Assembly (NCBI RefSeq): GCF_006345805.1
Contig: NC_043006.1
Location: 51,894,001 to 51,958,000, forward strand
Length of the DNA stretch: 64,000 bases
Origin: Octopus sinensis
Taxonomy: Eukaryota
Direction of reading: 5' to 3'
Shown: positions 52,620 through 64,000 of the stretch, piece after piece
Position numbering within the stretch: position 1 is the stretch's first letter
Layout: the number at the start of each line of letters is the position of its first letter
Notes under the pieces: generated by a model
Database searches by the model: none
What the model saw: the letters and a program-made list of their open reading frames with translations, nothing else
What the model was told of the DNA's origin: nothing
Position numbers and translations under genes: made by a program

Positions 52620-54000
52620 TCTCTTGAAAGAAATGATGATGATGATTGGATCTGACATAATTGGATTTTAAAGAATCCAAATTGGGTCCGGATAAAGTTC
52701 AGAGGGATGTTCATATGCACTGTTAGAATATCTCTAATCTTGTCAGACAGGAATTAGAGAAAGCATTAAAACCTGTAAAAAGAAGAGCTGAAATAACCTT
52801 ACAGATTCCCAGCAAAGCGCGCTCCGTCGCCTAGCAAATATTGATTCTATTGTTATTAAAAAAATGGCGGATAAAGAGGCGCTATTGAAATTATGGACAA
52901 GGACGGAAAATCTCAGCTTGTGAAAAAGCTTTAAGTGACAAAACTTCTTATGAATAACTACCTGTAGATCCAAATCCCCAATTACAGAGAAAAACTTGAT
53001 AAAATAATTTTGGAAATGGAGGAAAAAAATTCATAAATGACACGGAATCTAAGCTATTACGTTCCAAAAATCCATAAACATTTCGAAAAATTTCCTTCAT
53101 TGCGCCCAATTTTCAGTGGGTATGAATGTTGCACTGCTAAAATTTAGGAATGGCTGGATGGCTTTCTGCTCCCGATAGCTAAAAGATCAAGTTTTTACAT
53201 TCGGGATACTTTTGATATTGCTTCCAAATTGAACAATTTTTCTAGACATCGAAGTAGTGTTAAAGACTGTTTTTTGGTAACCATGGATGTTTCCTCCTTA
53301 CACCCCAGCATCGATCACGACAATGGGGTGGAAGCATGCATGAAAGCCTTTGAAAAATGGTCAAAGAAAAGTATTTCCTCAGCTTCTATGTAAATTATTA
53401 AAATTTGTGTTACAAAGTAACAATGAAATTTGGAGAAAAGTTTTACATCAGACGAAGCGATATGCCATGGATACACTTATAGCAGTTAATTTCGCAAATG
53501 TCTTCATGACAAAACTTGAAACGCAATTAATGGAGGCATTCAAATCCCCGAATGGTCATGAAACTATACTCTGGTTACGGTTCATTGACGACGTCTTTTT
53601 TGTCTGGGAAGGAACACAGGATAGTTTAGTCAAATTTTTACATTTCTGTGACAGCTTCGCGGAAGACTATGGCTTTAAGTCCAAAATAAAATTCACGTTG
53701 AGCTTTTCAAAAACTAGCGTCGGATATTTTGGACACAAAAGTCAAATTTTCGGAAGGCCGAATAGCCACAAAGTTATTTTGCAAACCCACATCATCCCAT
53801 ATTTATCTCCATCGCCTCTCTGATCATCCACATCATACAAGACGCATTTGCACAGGCATTGGGGATTATTGGAAATATGCAAATACTTTTGTGCGCCATT
53901 ATGTAAAGCGCGGTTACAGTGAATCAAGATTAAAGGAAATAGCAAATGGCATAGCTGAAATTAATAGTGATAATCTCAAGAATCTTTCAACTGCCAAGAA
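52620..54000 (+). pseudogene. Penelope-like element reverse transcriptase remnant
   Basis: Across frameshifts: KMADKEAIEIMDK, LRPIFSG, FYIRDTFD, LVTMDVSSLHPSIDH, HQTKRYAMDT..AVNFANVFM, WLRFIDDVFFVW. No GIY-YIG domain seen. Confidence 0.82.
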
Positions 54001-54689
54001 TCTTTCTTTTCTGTTAATTTTCTGCGTCTCCCAATTCTAATATCCTTCAATACCCTTTGTACCATTTTGGATGTTGTATCAATTGTACCAATTGTCCACA
54101 AGAATAAGTGCCAACTTGGTTTCATAATCTCTTCATCTTTCTGGTTAGGCCATGGTATTACTCTTTTTTTGCGCTGTCTTACTTCATTCGAGTTAAGGAC
54201 AATCTTCTTGGGTGGTAAGTCGATGGGCAGTTTTGAATGTGTACAGCAGCAAAGGCGGCGCCTTTAGACCAGTCTCTACCTATGCCATAGAAAGTGTAGG
54301 GCGACTGGATTTCTTCAGGCATCTGGAAGTGTTACACTTTTTAGCGTTATTGGTTGGCTGAGGCGGTATCTTAGTGGTATTGTATCTAACTGGAAAATAA
54401 GAGAAGTGGATGTAAAACCCGAGCCATTTCCAATTGTTTGAGCCATTTCCAATTGAATTTCCCGAATGTTCTAGCGTAAAGAAAAGTGGCCACATCACGT
54501 TTTCCAGATAGTATATAGATAATTTATTTGGTCAGTAGACAAGGAAAGTGTAGGAAGTTCATAATTTCAAACAGTCGCTACACAGACAATAAATTTGTGA
54601 TCTACATGATCGTTCTGGCTTGAGCTGTAGACCGGGGCCAGGCTACTGGAACTTGCTGCTTCCGGTGTAGAAAAAAAAAACCTGAGCCT

Positions 54690-55400
54690 GGATTGACGAT
54701 TTCCTTAAACATCAATTGACTGGGGAAGTCGTCAGCAACCGGTGGTGGAGCACACTGAAAAAGGCTCTTAGAGCAGATGCGTTAAGTTTTAGTAAAGAAA
54801 TACCAATAGAAAAATAGGTTAGAGAGTGAATTAAAGAAAATTAGAAGAGGCAATTAGAAACGTGTCGCGACCGAAATTATATTCTTGAGAATGACCGTCG
54901 ACTTAGAGGCACAAACATGCCACCAACCGGTTCTGTCAAAATGTACGTTTAGTTACGAAACCGTCTTCCAGGTACACGTCAGGTGTTCCAGCACTGCTAA
55001 TCTATGGAGTTTTCTTTTCTTATGCCAGATAGCTAAAACGAAAGAGGTTTACTGGGAACGAGGTTGAAAGGATCTAAGACGGATACTTTTCTCTTTGGCC
55101 AAGCGCTCCTCAACATTTTCAAGTTTCCTTGAGAAAGGAAAGTGAGAATGGAGGAGGAAGATTTACCCCAATTAAATTATTTGAAATGTGGGTGATGCTA
55201 GTAAAGATGGCAAGCGTAAACCGGCCTACTCCGTGTATATACTTCTAGATTAAAGGATGACGACTGAGAGGGGGCAACTGCTCTCGTGGTCTGGGCGATC
55301 CAGATTTCGTGAGGCTTTCTGGAGTGGCTTCCGGTAGCGTCCGACTATTGCGGAACTTTGTTTCAGCATAACTTTTCTTGCTATTTGTTTTCGTTCTTGT
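54690..55400 (+). mobile_element. deleted Tx1/L1-like LINE remnant
   Basis: SNRWWSTLKKALR joined to the CCHC-like C..SYETVFQVHVRC and C-terminus; homologous to the 36-38 kb pieces. Confidence 0.6.
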
Positions 55401-56020
55401 TATTTTTTAAGATCTAAATCCCATCTACCATATTTATCTTTTGTCTTTCCTTCTTTTATTTTGTCTTTATACTATATCCTGTTTTCTCCGATCCATTCTG
55501 GTTTGTAAATAAATTCTCCTCCTTTTCCTCGTCGTCGTCATCATCATCATCATCAACATCATCAAAATAATGTAACCGCTCAAAGTTTTGACTCGAAACA
55601 AAATACTTTAGTTGATTACGATGAACTCAGTATAGTCCCATGGGATACCATCACGGTGGAATGCACGTAAATCTATTACACTAGATCTTTGGAAATGTAG
55701 CACTCTAGAGGACAAGTGTTTTTATCTCAGTAACTCTGAGTTTGTTGCTTGGATGTAGATAGTCTAGTCATGCAATCTCGATTGTAGTGTGTAGTGGTGG
55801 AAGCGATATTGTCTTGGCAAAAGTAACTTATGTTGACATAATGCACACCGAAAAGACTGCGGAATTTCTACAGCCTACAAATGACACCTTAAAATAGACA
55901 GAAAGTTCCTAGAAATAATAGTATCTTCTAAAACCAAGAGGTGAAATAATCACATAATTTTCCGCTTCCTGGTTCTTCTCACCTCCAGAGTGAATGGGAA
56001 TCTCCATATAGAATAACTTC

Positions 56021-56093
<73 letters not shown>

Positions 56094-56097
<4 letters not shown>

Positions 56098-56300
56098 ATC
56101 CAAACATGAAAACAAAAAGAGAAAACACAACAACGCGAGGACGTGGAACAAATATAGTATTATTGGACGCTCAGGAAGGAAGGGGAGAAGGAGGGTTTAA
56201 CGTTTCGAGCGGAGCTCTTCGTCAGAAACACGGGAAAATGAAAGATCCTGAGAAGGGAAGACGGAGGAAAAAATTCTCCAACGGTACACACGCGGTCGCA
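56094..56300 (-). mobile_element. short dispersed repeat carrying a hammerhead motif (copy 2)
   Basis: Homologous to 44786-44995; abuts a (TA)n tract. Confidence 0.75.
56195..56229 (-). ncRNA. candidate minimal type I hammerhead ribozyme, intact core
   Basis: GUUU-CUGACGA-A-GAGC-ucc-GCUC-GAAAC-GU-U-AAAC. Stem I is 4 bp, stem II is 4 bp, and stem III is the palindrome ACGU. Confidence 0.7.
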
Positions 56301-56664
56301 CTAATATATTCATGTATGAATGTACGTGTGTATACGAATGAAACACAGACACATACACACACACTCACAAACACACACATATATTGAGACTGAGACTGTG
56401 ATTGAGAAAGAGAGATTTATGCAGACAGAGACTCATACACATCACACGTACGCTTATATACACGATAGAGAGATAAAGAGAGGGAAGGAATTGGGAATAT
56501 GGAAAGATAAAGACTCTTAAAATATGAAGAAAGCGAGAAAGAATGAGTGGTTAAGGACTAGAGAGAGGTAGTGAGAATATGGGAAAGAGATAGATATAGA
56601 GAAAGAAAACTGGCTAGTTTATTAGATAGATAAAAAAGAGAAAGAAAGAAGGAAATAAATAAAT

Positions 56665-56696
<32 letters not shown>

Positions 56697-58099
56697 GAAA
56701 AAAGAAAGAAAGAAAGAAAGAAAGAAAGAGAATCAAGAAATCTTTAAGCAAATATTTAGTCTTATGAGGTTCACGGTCTTATTTTCTGATCGATTGTCTT
56801 GTCGTAGTCATGGCAACATTAGATGCCACGTAATCACATCACTGATTTCGATTTGATTAACATTAATTCTCCATGACAGACGTAGGACAACAAAAGCTGT
56901 TGTTCCTGTCATCTTCCTGTAACTAAATACTTGTGATTATCACCTGTTTTATAACCTACGCACGACCAGATGTTTACTTCTTTATTTCTTTATATCGTTT
57001 AGATTTACTAAACTTGCGGCTGATAAATTGATCTTTATCTGTATTCAGGATACTGTCGACTGGGTGGAGTATGCTATCAATGTTGTTTCTTTTACTTTAG
57101 GATTTTTTTATCAGTTTAATGTTTCTACAGCTCACCCTAATTCAATCCAATCCTCTCCTCCCCAATCACAAGTAAAATATAGTAAATGAAATAAATAACA
57201 ACAAAAAAACCTGTAATAAGTTAAGTAAATCATCTTTTAATGTCATGCGGTGGTTAGGCCCCAAATACTTATACTATCGCGATACTAAATATTTTTTATT
57301 GCAAATATTAGGTAATCAAGAATATTGTATAGGAATAAATAAAAACAGGCCGAAATCAACTTCAGGAAAATACGTGTACGACCCGTTACAAAAATGTAAA
57401 TGGTCGCATATGTATTTTCTGTTCAAAGTTGTGAATGTGAAATCAAAAAAGCTAAAATGTATTTCATGATGACCAGAAATTGTTTACTTAGTTTATTCAA
57501 ATTTACTCATAATCCTTTCTATTATAAGCACAAGGCCTGAAATTTCGGGGAGGGGGGCTAGTCAATTACATCAACCCCAGTGTGTCACTGATACTTAATT
57601 TATCGACCTCGAAAGGATGAAAGGCAAAGTCCGCGGAATTTGAACTCAGAACGTAGTGGCAGATGAAAAACTGTTAAGCATTTCACCCGGCATGCTAACG
57701 ATTCTGCCAACTCCCCGCCGTGTTTCAAGTTTACTTATAATGAAATAGTTTTTGATGAACACATGGACAAATGAAGCTTAATATTTATTTTTATTCTATT
57801 GTTGTATACCAACATTCTGTTGTTAATTCCATTCATCATCATTGTCGTCGTTAGATTTAAATATATTTGTGTATCATTGTTCAGTTTTATTTCAAGATTT
57901 TTTGCCATTAGAGAAAGAGCCTTTTGGAATTTCAACATCAACAACGGGGTATTTTTGTATGTATGCTTGTATATGTGCAGATTTGTATGTTTTGTTTTAT
58001 GTATGTATACTCATGCAATCAGTTGCCTATCTAAAAATGCTCATATATATTTAAATGATAAACTTCTGGAAAGTTTTATAGATTTTTACAGTTCCAGTA

Positions 58100-59566
58100 A
58101 TGAATTGGATCTGTAGTTTTTGATTGGACCTTTGTGGCTTTCAGAAGCCTAATTTCTCAAGATTGGTATTTAGGCAATGTGTTACATATCCCAGAGCTCC
58201 AATAATTACGGGTATAAATCTGAACTAGTAGTCTGGATTGAGTAACTGAAGATTTCTTAATAGTTCAGCGTAGGTATCCTCTTTTTCACTGATCTTCAGC
58301 TTCATATTAACACCCGCTGGGCAGCTAATTTCCACAACTGTGCACAGTTTCTCTGACCCAAATCATTATATCAGGTCTGCTGTGCTTACATTTTATTGAG
58401 GTCTTCACTGGGACATTCCACCAGTACTCCTTTTTATTATGAGTGGGTTCTTTGTCCTCGGGCTTATCCTTTCGACGGATTTCATTATAGAGTGTCCTAG
58501 CGACAACATCATGTCTCATCGGTAGATAATACCATGATGACATTTTCGGACAACTGCTTATGATGTGGTGATATCTTCGGTGTTAACTCCGCAAAATCTG
58601 CATCAGTTGTCACATTTTACTGCTTTTCCTGCATCTCTATCCATTTTGTGCATCAGGTACTTGGTTGATATTTTCTATTCCTGGATTGCAAACGCATACC
58701 CTTCAAAGTGGGAGGTAGTTAACCGGCTATTGGTCCACGATAAACTGTTTCGGAGATCGATGTTACTATCATCTCGGAGCTTTCTACTAACATATCCATG
58801 CATAGTCTTCTGCTCATATAGGCTCGCCCTTTCACATGATGATACGTTCCGGTTGAGTCGTGCGACTTCCTTGGGCATGTATGCTAGGTTATCAGACAAA
58901 TAATGTTGCTCAAGGAACTGCCTTCCAAGTTTTTTGATGTTATCAGCCTCGTGTATGCAGACTTGGTCAAAGGATGCACTTCGACACTTGGTGGTTAAAA
59001 GACGTTGCCGATATGATACGACATTCAAGAGCATTTTGGATCGATGTTGAACCTCTGCCGCCTTGTTTATGTGGAAATTATGTGTGCTTGTTAGTATTTT
59101 TCGGGGTTTCACATCAATAGTTCGGATCTCATCAAGCGTTCAGTCAAGCAGCTCAAATGTTGGTATGAGTGCTGACACTATAAACACATTGTGGATCACT
59201 GTTTCATTGAATGCAGAGAGTCTGAGGTCCAAATTTTCTTTATTCGGTTGTAATATTCGTTTTGTTTCAGGTGCCATTGTAAGATGTTTTCATCCACCCC
59301 TAAACACCTGTAACATTCCTCGTCAGATGTAGGGGGAAACAGTCAAATCATTGATGGAGATATTACTGGTCTGGTTTATAGTTTTCCCCCTTCTCACAAC
59401 CATATAACAATATTTATCCTGACCAAGCCCCAACCCTACATCCTTTGAGAATGTTGTAGCTAGGTTAAGGATCTTTTTCATTTCATACATATTCTTTGCA
59501 TAAAGTTTCAAGTCATCCACAAAGAAACGGTGTGTAATTTTGGTATTTCTGTTTCTATGTGAACCA
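58100..59566 (-). mobile_element. degenerate RLE non-LTR retrotransposon (separate family)
   Basis: FFVDDLKLYAK, TTSHFEGYAFAIQEQEI, RHDVVARTLY, WWNVPVKT...HSRPDIMIW; multiple frameshifts; 5' end abuts (CATA)n. Confidence 0.8.
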
Positions 59567-60057
59567 GTATGTATGTATGTATGTATGTATGTATGTATGT
59601 ATGTATGTATGTATGTATGTATGTATGTATGTATGTATGTATGTATCATCTTTTCTTTTATCTTTTACTTGTTTCAGTCATGCTGGAGCCACTATGGAAA
59701 TTTTAGTCGAACAAACTGACCCCAATCCTATTTGTAAAAGTCTGGTACTTATTCTATCTGGCTCTTTTTGTCGAAACTTTAACTACGAGGAAACTTCGTG
59801 ATTGAAAAGTGAGCTTCCTAATCATGGTTTGTCACATCTTGCGATGTAAGAATGTGTGTTGTCTAATAGGCCTATTAATTTTTAAATACTATTTCTTTAA
59901 TGAGAAAATTTTCTGTTTATTTTACATATTATAATAAGCATCAAACTGGCATTGTCGAATACAATGGTTTTTGGATTGTCGTTTCCGTTCTTTGTGTTGA
60001 GTAAACTCTTTTTCTGCATCTGGTATTGAAAAAGTGCCAGTTCAGCACTAGAATACA

Positions 60058-60290
60058 TCTTCTTCTTCTTCTTCTTCTTCTTCTTCTTCTTCTTCTTCTT
60101 CTTCTTCTCCTCCTGCTTCCTCTTCTTCTTCTTCTTCTTCTCCTCCTGCTTCCTCTTCTTCTTCTTCTTCTTCTTCTTCTTCTTCTCCTCCTGCTTCCTC
60201 TTCTTCTTCTCCTCCTCCTCCTTCTTCTCCTCCTCCTCCTCCTCCTTCTTCTTCTCTTCTTCTTCTTCTCTTCTTCTTCTTCTTCTTCAT
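60058..60290. repeat. (TTC)n/(TCC)n polypyrimidine tract with three higher-order units
   Basis: Directly visible; tcttcttctcctcctgcttcc occurs three times. Confidence 0.95.
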
Positions 60291-61345
60291 CTCTCTTTTT
60301 TCTGTCCTTCTTCCTCATACACAGTCTCCCTTGCTCAGTTGTACCAGTAATTCTCAAAATCTTGTCTCGTCACATTATATCACACTCTCACGACATGAAA
60401 AGACACCAGTTTCTGCGAAATATTCAGATGCTTATACGCTAGTGCTGCGAGCAGGGAAATTCAATATTCATCGCCGTAACCGACAGAGAACCTTACTCCA
60501 CATATTTATCAATGGCAGACCTATGAATACAAAATCTTGTCAATCAAGTGACTATCTAACCTCTCTCGATGTTCAACCCATCACCCAACATAACGCACAC
60601 ACACTGATGCAGATCCCTCTACATATCTGTGAACTATAAAACCTGTATTCGACTAGCGAATGTATTTATTGAGAATATCATCAAGTTAAACCAGTTATCA
60701 AATTTAGGGATAAAATTTAAAAATATCCATTGAAAATTCATTGAGTTAAAGAGGCACCAACAGAATTTTATACTGAATTTTAAATGATTTTCAATCGAGA
60801 TTCTAAGCCTAACGAATACGTCATATGACTCCCAACAGCTTATGTTCCTGACACCGCCATATTGAGCAATATTATCAGAAGGTGTCTCAATTACGATGAT
60901 ATTTGGCCACAAACTGATGAGAGGTTGAGAATGTCTGTGTTCATTGAGTTATATATGTATATAAGTGTGTGTGTGTGTGGGGGGGAGGTTATGTATGTAT
61001 GTATATGTATAATATATATATGTATACACACACATATATATAGTAGCCAGCGTGTAAAACCAATTAAGGTAAAAAAATTAATACTAAGTATATAATTTTT
61101 TAAAATACATTATTACATTAAGGGTGTATCTATAAGTAAAGCTTTACTTGTAGTAACAGCTCTTAATGTAATAATACACACACACATGCATGTGTGTATG
61201 TATGCATCTATCTATCATTCTATCTATGAGTTCTTCTTTCGGTGTATATTATATATAATACTAATATATATATATATACTAATACAATTGTTTGTTTGTT
61301 TCCCACCTGCCTTCGTCTTTTGTCTATTTTCATAAAGCTTCCCGT

Positions 61346-61387
<42 letters not shown>

Positions 61388-61589
61388 GGTGGCTGCCCCC
61401 TCGTTATCGAGTATGGCCATTGCACGAAGCTTTATCAATGTTGTTATCGTGCAATGCCTGTGCAAGAAGATATTTTTTAAAGTGAGGAAAGGCTGTGCAC
61501 TGAGTCAATCCCACTCACTAAGCAACAGCAGCCATAATCTGAAAAGAAGAACAACTCAACATCATCGTTAACCACTGAGCCGCAAGTTT

Positions 61590-61930
61590 TATGTCGAAGT
61601 TATCCCAGTTACCTGAGTTACCTTCTCCTAGAAGGATGCCCTAACAAAGGCTAGGAGTCCTTCACTCCCAATGGTTTAACCACGCGATCGGGTATTCAGT
61701 CCGATTATTTCTATGTCCCCGCGCATGATACAGCCTTAAGACATTTATTGGATGGCCGTTGACTCTCAAGAGTTCCTCCGCCCTTTGACGGGTTTTGTTT
61801 TTCATCCCGCAGGGTGACCAATAAACACCCTCCTCACCAAGCAAGCTTGGTGGGGTTGCCGGTTTAGTCGCTGACGACCCGACCATGCAGCATGTTGTAC
61901 TGGGTTACATGTTACCAGTAGCACTCGCAA
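61590..61930 (-). mobile_element. probable 5' UTR fragment of an RTE-like LINE
   Basis: Minus strand ends gggcatccttctaggagaaggtaactc, resembling RTE 5' UTRs as I recall them; a related segment is at 45255-45490. Confidence 0.4.
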
Positions 61931-62704
61931 GTGACCTCACATAATATTTATATATATACATCGAAAGAAGAGAGTGAGATAGACACATGCATACAGATAG
62001 GGATATTACTGCTCATAAAAGATTTTGTATTTAAAGTTATATATAAAACAAATGAATATTAAAACTGTAGGATGGCTCAATACTTTATAGACCAGTAATA
62101 TATCAATTCGTACAGGAGTTGACAGTAGTGGCTAACTAATCGTCATTAGGCAATCTGATGACGATCAGTGAGCCCAAACTTCGAAGTAATTGTCAAACTT
62201 TCCTAGTAATAATTTATACATATATATAAATTTATATTTTAATTAATTTTCATTGTAGCTTTGATATAGTTTTAATAATTTCAACAGTGTCAATATAAGT
62301 TTTTTTTTATAGTTTGAACATCGTTTCAACATCGTTTTAACATAATTTCAATATAATTTCAACACAATTTCAATTTCCTTTCGATATAGTATTAATATAT
62401 TTCCAACACAGTAATATCATAGAACGAACATAGAAAATACCTCTAAAGTCACCCCTGAGATACCTGATCGTGTTAGACCGGGCGACAAATTAAAGCTATA
62501 ATCTAAGAACAATCCATCCGATGAGTTTCTCACATTTCCGTTCATCAATTTTCCAGACAAATCTTGAGTCATTACGGGGCTATCTATAGCAGTGGTACTA
62601 ACTCAGCTATCTTGAAATATGTTTGAAACCTCTACCACGTGAATGCGAAGAAAATTTTCATTCAAACCTTGGTGATACTAATATAGCTTTAGATGTCCCA
62701 ACAT

Positions 62705-63042
62705 CGGAGACCCTCTTTGGTCAGGAATGACCACGGGATTGCACCTAGAAAGTTACCCTCCGAGGCATAAGTCCGGGTAAGTTTGTTTATGGAAGACCAG
62801 CAGTCGCCCATACTTACCAGCCTCCCCTCTCCACGCCACCGATGTTATCCAAGGAAAAGGCAAAGTCCGATACAGCTTGGCACCAATGACGTCGCAACTC
62901 ATTTCTACAGCTGAGTTAACTGGAGCAACGTGAAATAAAGTGTCTTGCTCAAGAGCACAACACGCAGCCCGGTCCGGGATTCGAACTCACAACCTCACGG
63001 TCGTAAGTTCGACTCTCTAACCACTGAGCCATGCGCCTTCAC
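62705..63042 (-). mobile_element. tRNA-derived SINE, family c (full head)
   Basis: A box TGGCTCAGTGG and B box GTTCGAATCC, followed by gtgctcttgagcaagacactttatttcacg; no tRNA 3' acceptor end. Confidence 0.85.
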
Positions 63043-63044
63043 AT

Positions 63045-63610
63045 ATATTTAATATAATTTCAACATTGATTGGGTACAGTTTCAAAATAAATTCTATATT
63101 GTTCCCACACTGCTACACTGTAGTTTCAACAGTGCTACAATACAGATCCAACATAATTGCTGTATTATTTCAGAATTGCTACAGTATAGTTTCAATATTG
63201 TTACAACGTAGTTTCTGCATTGTAACAGAATAGTTTAACTTCAATGTTATTTAATTGTAACATCACTGCCATATAATATCAACATAATTGCTGTATACTT
63301 TTAACACTGTTTATAGTTTCCACATTGTTACAAGATAATTGCAACAGTGTAACTTTATAAGTCCCAACAGTATTTCAACATACTTTAACATAATTGCCAT
63401 ATAGATTCAATATAGCTGCAATATTGTAACAAAATAGTTTCAATACTGTTATAATATAGCTTCAACATTGTTACAATATAGTTCCAACATTGTCACAATG
63501 AAGTTTATTTTTTTTTACATAATTGCTATATCGCTTCAAAATTGTTTCAACATTGTTACAAAATATTTTCATCGTTCGCAATTCAAACCTTCAGAGTCAG
63601 CAAAACAATT
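63045..63610. repeat. degenerate minisatellite with about 11/22-bp period
   Basis: Recurring ttcaacattgttacaatatag-like units; the same pattern is at about 62260-62420. Confidence 0.7.
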
Positions 63611-63779
63611 TAACATCTCATTGCAAAAGAAAATACTCAGAAAGACAATCTGTTGAAATCTGATAATAATATCACCTAAACAGAAAATAATATGCTGCTT
63701 TTGCTAGAGTGAAATTCTTAGTTCATTATGGCAGCAATATATGTAAAGAATGGACTTCACTAAAATGGAAACTGATATA

Positions 63780-64000
63780 ACGGCGGCGAACTGGCAGAAA
63801 CGTTAGTACGCCGGGCGAAATGCTTAGCGGTATTTCGCCTGCTGCTACGTTCTGAGTTCAAATTCTGCCGAGGTCGACTTTGCCTTTCATCCTTTCGGGG
63901 TCTATTAAATAAGTACCAGTTACACACTGGGGTCGATACAATCGACTTAATCCGTTTGTCTGTCCTTGTTTGTCCCCTCTATATTTAGCCCCTTGTGTGT
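63780..64000 (+). mobile_element. tRNA-type SINE, family a (nearly complete)
   Basis: cggcggcgaactggcagaaacgttag...gagttcaaattctgccgaggtcgac...; tail matches 1-185. Confidence 0.85.

Noticed and set aside
54020-54500. Minus-strand traces (KKCNTSRCLKK, RVIPWPNQKDEE) resembling the N-terminus of an R2/NeSL-type element
   Set aside because: Too degenerate to support without a profile search.
62960-63042. tRNA-like sequence with A and B boxes
   Set aside because: Runs straight into a SINE body and lacks a paired acceptor stem, so it is a SINE head rather than a tRNA gene.

Overview
AT-rich, microsatellite-dense eukaryotic genomic DNA. The SINE families look like octopus (cephalopod) repeats; this is my recognition and was not confirmed by a search. 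One host gene is well supported: a minus-strand filamin-like gene with a calponin-homology exon (35613-35839), a 3918-nt exon (30198-34115) and a terminal filamin-repeat exon (22544-22765). All junctions between these exons are GT-AG and phase-compatible. A probable upstream exon lies at 38700-38897, and the start of the gene was not found. The rest is mostly transposon debris: CR1-, RTE- and Tx1/L1-like LINE pieces, a Penelope-like RT remnant, mariner and Tc1 relics, a probable non-autonomous Helitron and many tRNA-type SINEs. There are also two clusters of R4/Dong-like restriction-like-endonuclease retrotransposons packed into (AAT)n arrays, together with a non-coding companion repeat. The most unusual signal is a set of unrelated foldback or short repeats that each carry a minimal type I hammerhead-ribozyme fold with a palindromic stem III. 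One of them has a covarying G3-C8 core instead of C3-G8. Most short ORFs in the supplied track are microsatellite or antisense artefacts. All structures were folded by eye and no searches were run.
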